Positions 18,420-29,092 are shown, counted from the first letter of the stretch. The stretch is 64,000 bases of DNA from Spirochaetaceae bacterium (GCA_015493635.1 WGCU01000053.1:813-64812); one strand, 5' to 3'. Translations and numbers: made by a program. Notes: generated by a model not told the origin, from the sequence alone.

Positions 18420-19769
18420 ATGACTTCTGATGGTCTGAAAGATAAAATACCGCCCCACAGTAATGATGCCGAAATGGCTACTTTGGGGGCGGTTCTTCTT
18501 GATCCTGAAGCTCTGGGCGCTGTTCTCAAGTATCTGCGTCCGGATGATTTTTTTAAAAACGCACATACAAAGATATTCAGAGCTATTCTGGGATTGTCCG
18601 GCAGGGGAGAAGCAATAGATCTGTTAACCCTTACAGAAGAGCTCCGTTCGACCGGTGAACTTCGTGCGGCTGGAGGTGCTGCATATATTTCTTCCCTTAC
18701 ATCTGTTGTCCCCACCAGTGCCAATATAGAGTACTATGCTAAAATCGTGCAGGAGAACAGTATACGCCGGCTCATGCTGCGTATAGCAAGTGAGATGATT
18801 TCCAGTGCCCATAATGAATCGCTTAACAGCAGAGCCATTATTGAAGAAGCTGAAAAAAAGGTTTTTGAAGTTACTGACAACCAGCAGCGCGGAGGGTACC
18901 GTGCAGCGAAGGAAATTATACAGGATACTGTTGTAGCGATAGAGAAACTCTACAAACGCAAGGGCAGCTATACGGGGATACCTTCCGGTTTCGGCGAACT
19001 GGATACCATGACAAGCGGGTTTCAGAATTCCGAATTTATCATTATTGGTGCACGTCCATCAGTTGGGAAAACAGCTCTGGCTCTTACCATGGCAGCAAAT
19101 ATGTCTATCGAAAAAAAAATACCGGTAGGTTTCTTTACCCTTGAAATGTCCGAAAATGCGCTTATGATGCGTTTGATCGCAAGTGAGTCAAGAATAAATT
19201 CAGAAAAACTCAGATCGGGCCTCCTGAAATCTTCAGATTTTAAGAGCCTTACTGATGCCGCCGGGAAAATTTACGAAGCACCGTTATTTATTGACGATAC
19301 ACCAAATATGAAACTTCTCGATCTAAGAGCTCAGGCACGAAGATTGAAAAGTAAAGAGGGTGTAAAGGTTATTTTTATTGACTACATCGGTCTTATTGAA
19401 CCTGAATCGAAATCCAATGTACCGAGACATGAACAAGTTGCTGAAATATCCCGGTCTTTAAAATCTCTCGCGAGGGAGTTGGAATTGCCCATTATATGCC
19501 TTTCACAGGTTGGCAGGCAATCAGAAGGTAAAGCTCCGAATCTTGCAGATCTGAGAGAATCAGGTTCCATTGAACAGGATGCGGATGTTGTTATGTTTCT
19601 GCATCGAAAACGGGAAACCGATAGAGATGTGGAGCATTCCAGTAAAGTTACCAATGTCGTAACAGAGTTGATTGTTGCCAAACAAAGAAACGGACCAATT
19701 GGGACAATAGAAATTGCTTTTATACCAAAGTATACCCGTTTCGAAAATTTAAGCCGTGACAGCAGTTGA
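18420..19769 (+). CDS. dnaB: Replicative DNA helicase
   Basis: PPHS..AE, GARPSVGKT, FTLEMS, IDYIGL, DLRESGSIEQDAD, KQRNGP; no intein. Confidence 0.98.
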   Translation: MTSDGLKDKIPPHSNDAEMATLGAVLLDPEALGAVLKYLRPDDFFKNAHTKIFRAILGLSGRGEAIDLLTLTEELRSTGELRAAGGAAYISSLTSVVPTSANIEYYAKIVQENSIRRLMLRIASEMISSAHNESLNSRAIIEEAEKKVFEVTDNQQRGGYRAAKEIIQDTVVAIEKLYKRKGSYTGIPSGFGELDTMTSGFQNSEFIIIGARPSVGKTALALTMAANMSIEKKIPVGFFTLEMSENALMMRLIASESRINSEKLRSGLLKSSDFKSLTDAAGKIYEAPLFIDDTPNMKLLDLRAQARRLKSKEGVKVIFIDYIGLIEPESKSNVPRHEQVAEISRSLKSLARELELPIICLSQVGRQSEGKAPNLADLRESGSIEQDADVVMFLHRKRETDRDVEHSSKVTNVVTELIVAKQRNGPIGTIEIAFIPKYTRFENLSRDSS

Positions 19770-19811
19770 ATAATCACATAAGCTGTATATGATACAGTGA
19801 GGAGTTGAATA

Positions 19812-20108
19812 ATGAGTCTGAAAGATAGTTATGATTTCCAGAATCTTGTTAATGAAACTGAGCGTCTTGTAATGGAACAGCTAGAGGTGCAGCTGCAGGA
19901 AGATTTTGCTAAAGATATCTGTAAATGTCAGGATTGTGTTCTTGATATGGCCGCCTATGCCCTTAATTCACTGAAACCTGTTTACCGGGTCTCACTTATT
20001 GGAACACTGTACGCCCATAATCTTGATACTACTGAATACGGAGAAGAGGTGAAAAAAGCGGTTCGAACTGCAATTGAAAAGGTAGCCGCTAATCCTTCAC
20101 ATGATTAG
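19812..20108 (+). CDS. ComFB-family protein
   Basis: 98 aa; N..E..V, CKCQDCVLDMAAYALN.L.P.Y, terminal P.HD. Confidence 0.8.
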   Translation: MSLKDSYDFQNLVNETERLVMEQLEVQLQEDFAKDICKCQDCVLDMAAYALNSLKPVYRVSLIGTLYAHNLDTTEYGEEVKKAVRTAIEKVAANPSHD

Positions 20109-22096
20109 TTTTTTAATCTTATAACTGCCGGCTTGGCATTCGAAGAAGCAAAAACTTTTCCGTCTTTCCGTATCGCTACCCAGCCTCCATTTTTAAGTAG
20201 ATACATGTCCATAATAATGGTTCCTCTTGTTGTATCCCACAGGGTAACAGATGAGTCACTGTTAACAGAAAATAGTATATTTTTATAGAGGTGCAATTTC
20301 CTGGGAATATGCGATGACGATTCCAGCGAAGTAAAGCCATTCCAGGAAAGCATGCTGATACCCCCAAAGCCAAGAGAAGTAAATACCCGTGATTTGTTTT
20401 TATCAACGATAAAAGAGGCTGCCGAATCTTCTCCAGGATAGGTAAGAAGTGTACGCGTTATCTCCAATGAAGAACCCCTGTGAGATTTGAGTACTGTTTT
20501 AAGTGAGTCCCCTTTCTGTTCAAAGCCTAGTGAATACAGCGTCCTTGTAACAGGATCGTAGCCGACCATGAAAGACAGTATATTGGTATCCCGAATAGGA
20601 ACAACCTCTTCCGTTTTTATATTTATTTTGAGGAGCGGATCTTTTATCAGTCCTGTTTGTGTTCTTCCTGCGACAATATTTCCATTAAAAATACGGGTTA
20701 CCGATTGAATTCCGTATGACGTATATGAAAAAAGCGTATTCCCTGTATCTTCATCAATAATGGAACAACGGCCATTATTTTCAAGAGAAAGGAAGGTATT
20801 ATCAATATTCTGTATCGAAATAAGAGGCGACGAAAAATTACTGGAAAACTTTATATCTCCGTAAGGAGAAAATTTCTCCAGTACTCCAGGGGTGGTTCCC
20901 TTGGAGTACAGAAAAAATGAATTGTCATGTGATGTAACAATCCCTGTCGGACCGTTAAGACTATTTTGGAATGAAGAAACGGAAAACCGGTTAAAGGATT
21001 GTGTATCCGTACTGCCATTAAATAGTTCCGATTCAACCTTAACAATGTTTTCTTTGGTAGCTATCAGCATGGCTCCCTGTATAATTCCAATATCTGAAAT
21101 TGTCTGCAGGATATTTTTGGAAAAAAGGGCCGTTCTGCCAGTTTGTACCGTTGTCTTATAGAGAGATCCATCTTTTAATGAAAAATAGATGCATCCATTG
21201 CTAAAAGTTATACCAGACTGAGACGGAGCAAGAGTAAGTTTTATTGATTTTATCAAATAAAAAGCCGGACTATCAGATACTGCGTAAATTGACAGATAGT
21301 ATGTTCCCTCTTTTTTTGATACGAGTGCAATATCGCCGGTAGCGGAGTCGAGTGCCGCATATTCAACGTTATTGAGAGGGATGGTATCTTGTACCTGCCC
21401 TGAAACAAGATTTATTAGATAATAGAGTCCATCATAATAGCCAGACATGTATTTACCATTTTTAAGTATGTGTACTGATGACAAACTGCCGATAGTACGA
21501 ATTGGATGAATTTTAGATTTTCCTGTTTTTAAATCCCAGTATTGAATAGTACCTGAAGGGGTATAGAGAAGTATCGTTTTTTCAGATGAGGAAATAAATG
21601 AGGTTGAAACAATTCCCGTACCCCCGGTGAGCATCTGCTTTCTGTACCCTTTTTTTGCGTCAAGAAAGGTTACACTGTCCCATGAAGGTTTTCCATACAC
21701 AAGATATGTTCCTTTTGGTGAATATCTAAAAAAGAGCGGCATTTCACTAAGCCGATGAGAAAAGAGTTTTTTTCCTGTTTTCCAGTTCCATACACTTAGT
21801 TTAAAGTTCGAAAGGCTGTCTGTTGTCAATACTGCGATTGTTGTATCTGCAGGGTTTACTGCAATCGCTTTAACGGGCAGATGGGATACCTGGAGATTCA
21901 TGCTCAGCTGGTTTTTGTAAAGATCCCATATCTTTACCGTCCCGTTATCATCACCAGAAAATAGTTTTTGGTTGTAATTATCAAGGGCAAGTGCCTCTAC
22001 AGAACTGCTGTGACCGCTGTTTATCAGAATTCGTTCTGCTGCATTTATCTGCATTGTCAAAAAGAATGTAATGAAAAGAATGATTAATTTTCGCAC
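20105..22096 (-). CDS. Secreted WD40/beta-propeller repeat protein
   Basis: Signal peptide; GH...V.AL, SGDDNGTVKIWD, SDSSVTLWD repeats. Confidence 0.8.
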   Translation of the reverse strand: MRKLIILFITFFLTMQINAAERILINSGHSSSVEALALDNYNQKLFSGDDNGTVKIWDLYKNQLSMNLQVSHLPVKAIAVNPADTTIAVLTTDSLSNFKLSVWNWKTGKKLFSHRLSEMPLFFRYSPKGTYLVYGKPSWDSVTFLDAKKGYRKQMLTGGTGIVSTSFISSSEKTILLYTPSGTIQYWDLKTGKSKIHPIRTIGSLSSVHILKNGKYMSGYYDGLYYLINLVSGQVQDTIPLNNVEYAALDSATGDIALVSKKEGTYYLSIYAVSDSPAFYLIKSIKLTLAPSQSGITFSNGCIYFSLKDGSLYKTTVQTGRTALFSKNILQTISDIGIIQGAMLIATKENIVKVESELFNGSTDTQSFNRFSVSSFQNSLNGPTGIVTSHDNSFFLYSKGTTPGVLEKFSPYGDIKFSSNFSSPLISIQNIDNTFLSLENNGRCSIIDEDTGNTLFSYTSYGIQSVTRIFNGNIVAGRTQTGLIKDPLLKINIKTEEVVPIRDTNILSFMVGYDPVTRTLYSLGFEQKGDSLKTVLKSHRGSSLEITRTLLTYPGEDSAASFIVDKNKSRVFTSLGFGGISMLSWNGFTSLESSSHIPRKLHLYKNILFSVNSDSSVTLWDTTRGTIIMDMYLLKNGGWVAIRKDGKVFASSNAKPAVIRLKN

Positions 22097-22693
22097 TTAC
22101 TTACCCTCAAATCTAATTTTCTCTATTGAAATATATGGAGGAGTTATTATTTTCTCCAAGGCTTTATCATAGGTTCTTGTATCAATTTCATGTTTAAATG
22201 TGGCATATATCTGAAAAGAAACGTGTGTAACCGCAGTTTCAGCATCTTTCAAACCCTCAATATAGAAAGAAAGCTGATCGTTTTCCTTTTTACCAAAGTA
22301 GATATGAATCCCTTCTGAAGTTTCAGCCCGTTCCAGGAAATAAACTTTGATGAGCTCGACAGCCCGTTCATCCAGACCCGCATCGTAAATTTTAAACTTT
22401 TCCTGTAATTCAGGAAAGCCTATAACTATAGTTCTGGCAGAATAAGAGTTTTTTCCCATCATGAAGGAATTCCTTTCACGTTCCGGAATAAAAAAAAGAT
22501 CAATATTTTTTTCATTATCAATAAGATGAACAGGTAATTCCGGCTTCAGTACATTGCCGCATTTAGGGCAGGTGTAGGTCATGAATGTTCCGTTAAGAAT
22601 TTCTGTTTTTATTTCCGGTTGATCATGTAGATTGATCGTTTCAGGAATTTCAACAGAAAAAGTATGTTCACAAAAACAGGTAATTTCTTGCAT
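22097..22693 (-). CDS. CpXC-domain (zinc-ribbon) protein
   Basis: N-terminal ITCFCEHTF and CPKCG cysteine pairs. Confidence 0.7.
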   Translation of the reverse strand: MQEITCFCEHTFSVEIPETINLHDQPEIKTEILNGTFMTYTCPKCGNVLKPELPVHLIDNEKNIDLFFIPERERNSFMMGKNSYSARTIVIGFPELQEKFKIYDAGLDERAVELIKVYFLERAETSEGIHIYFGKKENDQLSFYIEGLKDAETAVTHVSFQIYATFKHEIDTRTYDKALEKIITPPYISIEKIRFEGK

Positions 22694-22702
22694 TTTTCTC
22701 CT

Positions 22703-24070
22703 CTAGCCTTTTGAAAATAAAAAACTAATATCGCCGAACGTCGTTAAGAAGAAGAGAATAAGGAGTATAAATATCCCTATAGACTGGTAACGATAATAAA
22801 TAACTGGCTTAATTGGTTTACGAATAACAATGGCGAGAAAGGTAAAGAGAATAAGTCCCCCGTCAAATATAGGAATGGGAATAAGATTTGCAAAACATAA
22901 TGCCACACTGATAATACTTAAAAACCTGAAGAGTGTTGTTGTTCCCGTTTTAAACCCATCTTTGAAGCTCTGTGTAGCTACTTCCCCAACAAAATAGCTT
23001 ATGCGGATAGGCCCTGAAACTGCCTTATTCAGGTTAATCCCTGAGAAAAGCATACCCATGCTTTTTACGGTAAGAAAAAAGTTGTTGAACGTTTCTTCGG
23101 TACCTTTAGCAATTGATTTAAAAGGGTTCGACTGCCTCTGCTTGATGGTTTCTGAAGCAAAGCTTATCCCGAGCGGGGTATTACCTTTATCCGTATAAAA
23201 AGGAATAACGGTTTTCTCACTTTTTTTACTGCCGGATAACACTTCCATTTTTAGAATTTTAGGTTTTGCTGAAAGGGCTGCAAGGATATCAAGGTAGGTA
23301 CGAACAATCTTTCCATTTACAGAAAGAATCCTGTCGTTGGCCCGCAAACCGGCCAGGTCCGCAGCAGACTGTTCTTTTACTGATTGTACAACAGGCTGAA
23401 TATAGGGAGAGACTCCTATCTTTCCTGCTCCGGAGTCTTTGTCAAGGGCCGGTGTAATGGTGAGTTTTATCTTCCTGCCGTTACGTATAACAGTAAAGAT
23501 GAGAGGTTTTGACGGAGACTTGTACACAATATCCTGAATGTCAGCGTAGGTTTTTATTGTGTGATTATCGATACGTAGAATAGTATCACCCGTTTTTAAT
23601 CCGCCTTTATCAGCCGGGTTATCAATAGAATGAAAAACCTCCGGATAATCTGAAATAAGTACAATCCGGTTGCTGTAGGTATGTATGGCAAATCCGGAAA
23701 ACCAGATTATAGAGAGAACGATAATGGAAAATAACAGGTTTGCAAAAGGTCCCGCAAAGTAGGTTGCAATACGTTTTAAAGGAGATACGGAAAAAATGGA
23801 TCCCTGTTCATAGGGGATTACGTCTGCTTTTTCCTTAAGAGCCCTGGAAAATTGTTCTTCTCCTTTCATCTTGCAGTATCCGCCGACGGGAAGGATACTA
23901 ATCCGGTATTCAGTTCCTTTAAAAATAAATGAGACAAGTTTTTTACCCATCCCTATGGAAAAAGCTTCAACTTCAATTCCTGAAAGTTTTGCTACCGCAA
24001 AATGTCCAAGTTCATGGACGAGAACAACAATATCAAGGCCAAGAACACCTAAAAGTATAGTATAAATCAT
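22703..24070 (-). CDS. rseP: Site-2 intramembrane zinc metalloprotease with PDZ domains
   Basis: HELGH, FSIGMG, GGYCKM, AGPFAN, two PDZ-like regions, NLIPIPIFDGG. Confidence 0.95.
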   Translation of the reverse strand: MIYTILLGVLGLDIVVLVHELGHFAVAKLSGIEVEAFSIGMGKKLVSFIFKGTEYRISILPVGGYCKMKGEEQFSRALKEKADVIPYEQGSIFSVSPLKRIATYFAGPFANLLFSIIVLSIIWFSGFAIHTYSNRIVLISDYPEVFHSIDNPADKGGLKTGDTILRIDNHTIKTYADIQDIVYKSPSKPLIFTVIRNGRKIKLTITPALDKDSGAGKIGVSPYIQPVVQSVKEQSAADLAGLRANDRILSVNGKIVRTYLDILAALSAKPKILKMEVLSGSKKSEKTVIPFYTDKGNTPLGISFASETIKQRQSNPFKSIAKGTEETFNNFFLTVKSMGMLFSGINLNKAVSGPIRISYFVGEVATQSFKDGFKTGTTTLFRFLSIISVALCFANLIPIPIFDGGLILFTFLAIVIRKPIKPVIYYRYQSIGIFILLILFFLTTFGDISFLFSKG

Positions 24071-25200
24071 AGTTCAGTTAATCTCTTCACAATCCCGGCA
24101 GTATGTGTGCGCACAGCTCTGTCAATTTTCATAACAGAATCCAGTGTTTCCGCCTGTAATGACCAATCCGCATTTAAAGCTTCCATCACTGTTTGATGAA
24201 TAGCTGTAAATCCAATGTTTCCTCTCAAAAAAGCATTAACAGCAATTTCATTCGCAGCATTAAAAGCTAAAGGATAACTTCCCTCCAATTCAAGTGCCTG
24301 GTATGCCAGAAAAAGAAGAGGGAATCTCTCTTTATCAGGATTGTAAAAAGAAAGAGAAGATTGTGCAAGATCAAGGAATCCAAAAGTGCTGTATTTAATA
24401 TCCGGATAGGTAAGGGCATTTTGAATGGGAATGCGCATGTCAGGACTGCTGATCTGTGCATACATTTCTCCATCAAGAGTACGAATAAGAGAGTGAACCA
24501 TACTTTCTGGATGTATGAGAACTTTAATGTTTTTGGCCTTGATATTAAAAAGCTCATGAGCTTCAATTACTTCCAGTCCCTTGTTTGCCATTGTTGCTGA
24601 ATCAATGGAAATTTTCCTGCCCATGGACCACGTAGGGTGCTTCAGTGCATCCCTTAACGTGATATTTTTAAAATCATCTACTGCTGTCTTCCTGAAAGGT
24701 CCTCCTGAAGCGGTGAGAATAATTTCGGCAATTTCCTCTTGTTTTTTATTTCTAAGAAGCTGGAATACAGCAGAATGTTCAGAATCAACAGGAAGAAGGT
24801 TTACCCGATTTTTATGTGCTAATTCGTTTATGAGTCTGCCTGCCATAACAATCGTTTCTTTGTTGGCCAGGGCAAGATGTTTTCCGCTGCGTAGTGCTGC
24901 TGTTGAAGGAAGCAGACCGGAAGATCCCGCAATTCCGTTTACCACAATATCTGCTTCCGTTTCTTCTATCATCTGTAGAAGTCCCTTTTCCCCTGTGTAA
25001 TCAATGTGGTCGGAATCAGGTTTTTTCCCTGAAAGGCAGAGGTGAGAGATATTAAATTCATGAGCACACTTTAGAAGTTTTTCTTCGTTAGTATGAGCTG
25101 AAATTGCTGCAATTGAAAAATCATCTCTATTGCTGCGGATAACACTCAGTGTATTTTTTCCAATAGAGCCTGTTGCTCCAAGAATTATTATTTTTTTCAC
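24067..25200 (-). CDS. dxr: 1-deoxy-D-xylulose-5-phosphate reductoisomerase
   Basis: LGATGSIG, LANKET, LPVDSEHSA, HPTWSMG.KI.IDSATMANKGLE. Confidence 0.98.
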   Translation of the reverse strand: MKKIIILGATGSIGKNTLSVIRSNRDDFSIAAISAHTNEEKLLKCAHEFNISHLCLSGKKPDSDHIDYTGEKGLLQMIEETEADIVVNGIAGSSGLLPSTAALRSGKHLALANKETIVMAGRLINELAHKNRVNLLPVDSEHSAVFQLLRNKKQEEIAEIILTASGGPFRKTAVDDFKNITLRDALKHPTWSMGRKISIDSATMANKGLEVIEAHELFNIKAKNIKVLIHPESMVHSLIRTLDGEMYAQISSPDMRIPIQNALTYPDIKYSTFGFLDLAQSSLSFYNPDKERFPLLFLAYQALELEGSYPLAFNAANEIAVNAFLRGNIGFTAIHQTVMEALNADWSLQAETLDSVMKIDRAVRTHTAGIVKRLTEL

Positions 25201-25212
25201 AAAAAACCTTTC

Positions 25213-26061
25213 TTATTTTAAAAGTACTGTTAACAAAAAATAGAATAGAGGAGCACTTAACAGAATAGAATCTATTGAATCAAGTACTCCACCCCTGCCA
25301 AGCATCAGCTTCCCTGAATCCTTGACATGTGCTGATCGTTTCAAAACAGATTCTATAAGATCGCCAATATCCGCAGTTATGGAGAGAAGGAATGAAAATA
25401 TTCCCGTAGCCCAGAGAGGTATGGAAATAACTTGCGGAAAGAAATATCCAAATATCATACCGGCACAAACGGCTGATAATGATCCTGAAATATATCCGAC
25501 GATACTCTTTTTGGGGCTTGATTTAAAAGGTTTCCACGACTTGCGTCCGAATAGAAGCCCAAAAACATACGCTGCTGTGTCGTTCGTAAAAACAACAAGA
25601 AGAAAAAATATAATAAGCCCCGATGTATGAGGGAGGTTGATTAACTTGAGTAGATACGCCAGGAAAAGGCCGGGATAAAGAATCGCAGTCATCCCTGTTG
25701 TTAAACGGGCGATAGACCGGGTCGTTTTTCCTTTTTCAAAATTAATAAATTCGTTTAAAAGAATAATTCCTGCTACAAGAACAAAAAAAGCTTCTGAAAG
25801 ATCTCTGGAAATTATTCCAATACTTTTAAAATAGGATAGAAGCGGAAACGTAACACCAAGTAACCCAAATGGATAAATCCACTTTGTTTTTTTACTAATT
25901 TGCATGGAGAGTGAAATAAATTCAATGGTACCAAAGTATGAAAAAAGTGTTACCACCAGGGAAAAAAGAATATAATTTCCGAAGGGCAGGAATAGTATGA
26001 TAACAATAAGAAGGGGAATACTGATAATAACGAGAAGAATTCTTTTTGAGAGTTCACTCAT
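25213..26061 (-). CDS. cdsA: Phosphatidate cytidylyltransferase
   Basis: DT.AY..G, SPKKS..G, GDLIES.LKR...KDSG....GRGGVLD.IDS. Confidence 0.95.
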   Translation of the reverse strand: MSELSKRILLVIISIPLLIVIILFLPFGNYILFSLVVTLFSYFGTIEFISLSMQISKKTKWIYPFGLLGVTFPLLSYFKSIGIISRDLSEAFFVLVAGIILLNEFINFEKGKTTRSIARLTTGMTAILYPGLFLAYLLKLINLPHTSGLIIFFLLVVFTNDTAAYVFGLLFGRKSWKPFKSSPKKSIVGYISGSLSAVCAGMIFGYFFPQVISIPLWATGIFSFLLSITADIGDLIESVLKRSAHVKDSGKLMLGRGGVLDSIDSILLSAPLFYFLLTVLLK

Positions 26062-26753
26062 TTAATACCTCCGAATTTACGGTTTCTGTGTCCATAGCTT
26101 TCCATAGCTTTTTTAAAGTTTTCTTCGGTGAAATCCGGCCAGAGTGTATCTGAGAAATAATATTCCGAATAGGCGCTTTCCCAGAGAAGGAAGTTGCTTA
26201 AACGCTGCTCACCTGCTGTTCTGATAATAAGATCAGGGTCAGGGATATCACCGTTATCAAGATACGTATTAAAATTCTCTTCCGTAAAAGAGGTGCGGGA
26301 AGTATCATTTTCCAATAACCACCGGTTTACTCCTCGGACAATTTCATCCCGTCCCCCGTAATTTATGGCAAGGATTACCGTAATTGCGTCAAAATCAGCA
26401 GTATTTTTTATTGATTTATTAATTTCCTTTTGAACATCTTTCGGAAGTTTGGACATATTGCCCGCATGCCTTACACGTATCCGGTTGTTCCTGTAGAACG
26501 AAGCTTCAGTTTTCATATGATAGACAATAAGCTTCATAAGAAAACCTACTTCTTTTTCTGTTCTTGACCAATTTTCCGTTGAAAAAACATACAGGGTAAG
26601 ATAGGGAATATGAAGCCTGATTGCTTCTTTGATAATCTTTTTTGCCGTCGTTATACCCTGTTTGTGTCCGGCAGTTCTCGGTAACGACCGTTTCTGTGCC
26701 CACCGGCCGTTTCCATCCATAATAATGCCTACATGTTCAGGGTATTCCTTCAC
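26058..26753 (-). CDS. uppS: Undecaprenyl diphosphate synthase (cis-prenyltransferase)
   Basis: HVGIIMDGNGRWA, FSTENWSR, YGGRDEI, IRTAGEQRLSNFLLWE. Confidence 0.97.
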   Translation of the reverse strand: MKEYPEHVGIIMDGNGRWAQKRSLPRTAGHKQGITTAKKIIKEAIRLHIPYLTLYVFSTENWSRTEKEVGFLMKLIVYHMKTEASFYRNNRIRVRHAGNMSKLPKDVQKEINKSIKNTADFDAITVILAINYGGRDEIVRGVNRWLLENDTSRTSFTEENFNTYLDNGDIPDPDLIIRTAGEQRLSNFLLWESAYSEYYFSDTLWPDFTEENFKKAMESYGHRNRKFGGIK

Positions 26754-26757
26754 TGCA

Positions 26758-27312
26758 CTAAATTTCCATTATCTCTTTTTCTTTGTTTTCCAAATGGGAA
26801 TTTATTTCTTTTATATATGAATCCGTTAGTTTTTGTATGTCTTCGGCTCCTTTTTTTTCATCATCCTCGGTAATTTCATGTTTTTTTTCCATTTTTTTCA
26901 GTTCGTCATTAGCATCCCGGCGAATATTCCGTATTGCAACTCTGCCTTGTTCTGCGGTATTTTTGGCGACTTTAACCAGTTCTTTCCGCCGTTCTTCGGT
27001 AAGAGGCGGAATATTTATCCGTAACACCTTCCCATCATTATTAGGATTAACTGATAATTCTGATTTCTGTATCGCTTTTTCTATTTCATTTAGAATACCT
27101 TTATCCCATGGCTGAATAACCACAAGACGGGCTTCAGGTATGGAAATAGTTGCCACCTGGGACAGCGGAGTAGACTGTCCATAGTAGTCAACCCTGATTT
27201 TATCAAAAAGTGCCGCTGACGCCCTTCCTGTTCTGATAGTATTAAAATCGGAAATGAGGGCTGCCACACTCTTTTTCATCCGTGTCTCCGCATCCTGTAT
27301 TACTGATTTCAT
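26758..27312 (-). CDS. frr: Ribosome recycling factor
   Basis: IRTGRAS, PLSQVA, QPWD, NPNNDG, RNIRRD; start moved to ATG 27312 (AAGGAG upstream). Confidence 0.97.
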   Translation of the reverse strand: MKSVIQDAETRMKKSVAALISDFNTIRTGRASAALFDKIRVDYYGQSTPLSQVATISIPEARLVVIQPWDKGILNEIEKAIQKSELSVNPNNDGKVLRINIPPLTEERRKELVKVAKNTAEQGRVAIRNIRRDANDELKKMEKKHEITEDDEKKGAEDIQKLTDSYIKEINSHLENKEKEIMEI

Positions 27313-27333
27313 AGTGGTCTCCTTTAAGGTAAA

Positions 27334-27356
27334 CCGCTCCATCGTAGATGGAGCGG
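27334..27356 (-). other. Perfect 10-bp hairpin between tsf and frr
   Basis: CCGCTCCATC-gta-GATGGAGCGG, followed on the minus strand by only a short T-run. Confidence 0.65.
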
Positions 27357-27366
27357 GTAGTGAATA

Positions 27367-28209
27367 TTATTCCTCGCTGCCGACTTTGTAGTATACAAAA
27401 CCGCCAATAGCGAGTGAACCGCCTGCTTCCTTTGCTACCGCAGACATAACTTTTGCTACACTCTGTTTATCATCCTTGACAAAAGGTTGATCGAGAAAAC
27501 AAATCTCTGAAAAATGCTTATTTAATTTCCCCTTGACAATACCTTCAAGAACCTTTTCGGGTCTTCCCAGGTTTTTCGCCTGAGCAAGGAAAATTTCCTT
27601 CTGCTCATTAACATAATCAGCGGGAACATCATCCCTTGAGAGATACTGCGGGTTGAATGCCGCAATATGCAGTGCGCAGTCAAAAGCAAAGGTTTTAACT
27701 TCCTCTTTCTGAAGAATTTCCGGTTTGTCAGTAGTCAGCTTTAGTAAAATACCGATAGAACCTTCGCCATGAATGTAGTCAACAACAAGATCATTCGCCG
27801 TTATATCAATAACTTTAAATCTTTTTATTGACATATTCTCTTTAATAGTGCTTATCGCTTCTTTAACGGCAGTTTCAAGTTCTTCTGTTATGGTTGTGAT
27901 ATTCTTATTCAGTATGGTTGCGGTAAGGTCATTTCCCAAAGCGATGAAATCGGCATTTCGGGCAACAAAATCGGTTTCACAGCCTATTTCAAGAATTACA
28001 GCTTTTGATTCTGTAATTTTTGTAAAAACACGGCCCTGATTCGTTGCTCTTCCGCTTCGCTTTGCAGCTGCAGCAAGACCAAGTTCTTTTAGAATTTTTT
28101 CAGCTTTATCAAAATCCCCGTCAGCTTTGGCAAGCGCATTTTTACAGTCAAGCATTCCAGCCCCTGTTTTATCTCTCAGTTTTTTTACATCTGCTGCTTT
28201 GATTCCCAC
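27367..28209 (-). CDS. tsf: Elongation factor Ts
   Basis: VKKLRDKTGAGMLDCK.AL, CETDFVA, ALHIAA..P, LDQPFVKD. Confidence 0.98.
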   Translation of the reverse strand: MGIKAADVKKLRDKTGAGMLDCKNALAKADGDFDKAEKILKELGLAAAAKRSGRATNQGRVFTKITESKAVILEIGCETDFVARNADFIALGNDLTATILNKNITTITEELETAVKEAISTIKENMSIKRFKVIDITANDLVVDYIHGEGSIGILLKLTTDKPEILQKEEVKTFAFDCALHIAAFNPQYLSRDDVPADYVNEQKEIFLAQAKNLGRPEKVLEGIVKGKLNKHFSEICFLDQPFVKDDKQSVAKVMSAVAKEAGGSLAIGGFVYYKVGSEE

Positions 28210-28212
28210 AAT

Positions 28213-29079
28213 TTACTCCTTATCCTCAGTTGGCTCTTCAGAAACTTCAGTATTATCATCAGGGGCAGACTCTTCTGCAGGTGCCTCAACAGGTGCCTCA
28301 ACAGATTCTGTCGCAGGTTCCTCTATTGGCTTTTGTGCAGGGGTATCCGTTTCTGCTAACTCTTCTTCCTGAAGGTTCTCGATAATTTCGATTCCGACTT
28401 CATTATCAGCATCAACAACCGCGTTCGCAATAATCTGGGTAAACAGTGTTATTGCACGAATAGCATCGTCATTCCCCGGTACAGGGTAATCGATATCAGT
28501 AGGATCACAGTTAGTATCTACTACCGCAATAATGGGAATTCCCATACGTTTAGCTTCTGCTACAGCTATGGCTTCTTTCCGGGTATCAATAATAAAAATT
28601 GCACCGGGAAGGTCTTTCATCTCTTTTATTCCGCCGAGATTTTTTTCAAGTTTCGCCCGTTCTTTATTGAGTTTTGAAACTTCTTTTTTGGTAAGGCTTT
28701 CAAATGTCCCGTCTACTTCCATCTTTTCAATTTTTTTAAGACGATGAATTGATTTTTTAATTGTTTTAAAGTTTGTAAGCATTCCGCCAAGCCAACGGTT
28801 ATTTACATAGTACATGCCGCACCGTTTTGCTTCACGTTCAATAGCCTGCTGTGCCTGTTTCTTTGTCCCGATAAAAAGAATGGCTTTTCCGTCTTTTACC
28901 TGTTTACGAACGACTTCGTAAGCTTCTTTTATGGCTACAACGGTCTTTTGAAGATCGATGATGTGTATCCCGTTTCTCGCTGTGAAAATATATTTTTTCA
29001 TACGGGGGTCCCAGCGTTTTGTCTGATGGCCGAAATGAACTCCGGATTCCAGCAGACTTTTCATAGTAACTACTGACAA
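28213..29079 (-). CDS. rpsB: 30S ribosomal protein S2 with acidic tail
   Basis: [40 protein letters not shown]; start moved to TTG 29079 (AGGAGG 5 nt upstream). Confidence 0.97.
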   Translation of the reverse strand: MSVVTMKSLLESGVHFGHQTKRWDPRMKKYIFTARNGIHIIDLQKTVVAIKEAYEVVRKQVKDGKAILFIGTKKQAQQAIEREAKRCGMYYVNNRWLGGMLTNFKTIKKSIHRLKKIEKMEVDGTFESLTKKEVSKLNKERAKLEKNLGGIKEMKDLPGAIFIIDTRKEAIAVAEAKRMGIPIIAVVDTNCDPTDIDYPVPGNDDAIRAITLFTQIIANAVVDADNEVGIEIIENLQEEELAETDTPAQKPIEEPATESVEAPVEAPAEESAPDDNTEVSEEPTEDKE

Positions 29080-29092
29080 TGTGTCCTCCTGT

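Noticed and set aside
18420-19769. Possible intein in dnaB (also checked secA)
   Set aside because: Protein lengths are normal, with no Hint or homing-endonuclease motifs.
27342-27367. Apparent loss of pyrH between tsf and frr
   Set aside because: rpsB-tsf-frr without pyrH is the usual arrangement in Treponema/Borrelia-like spirochaetes; not novel.
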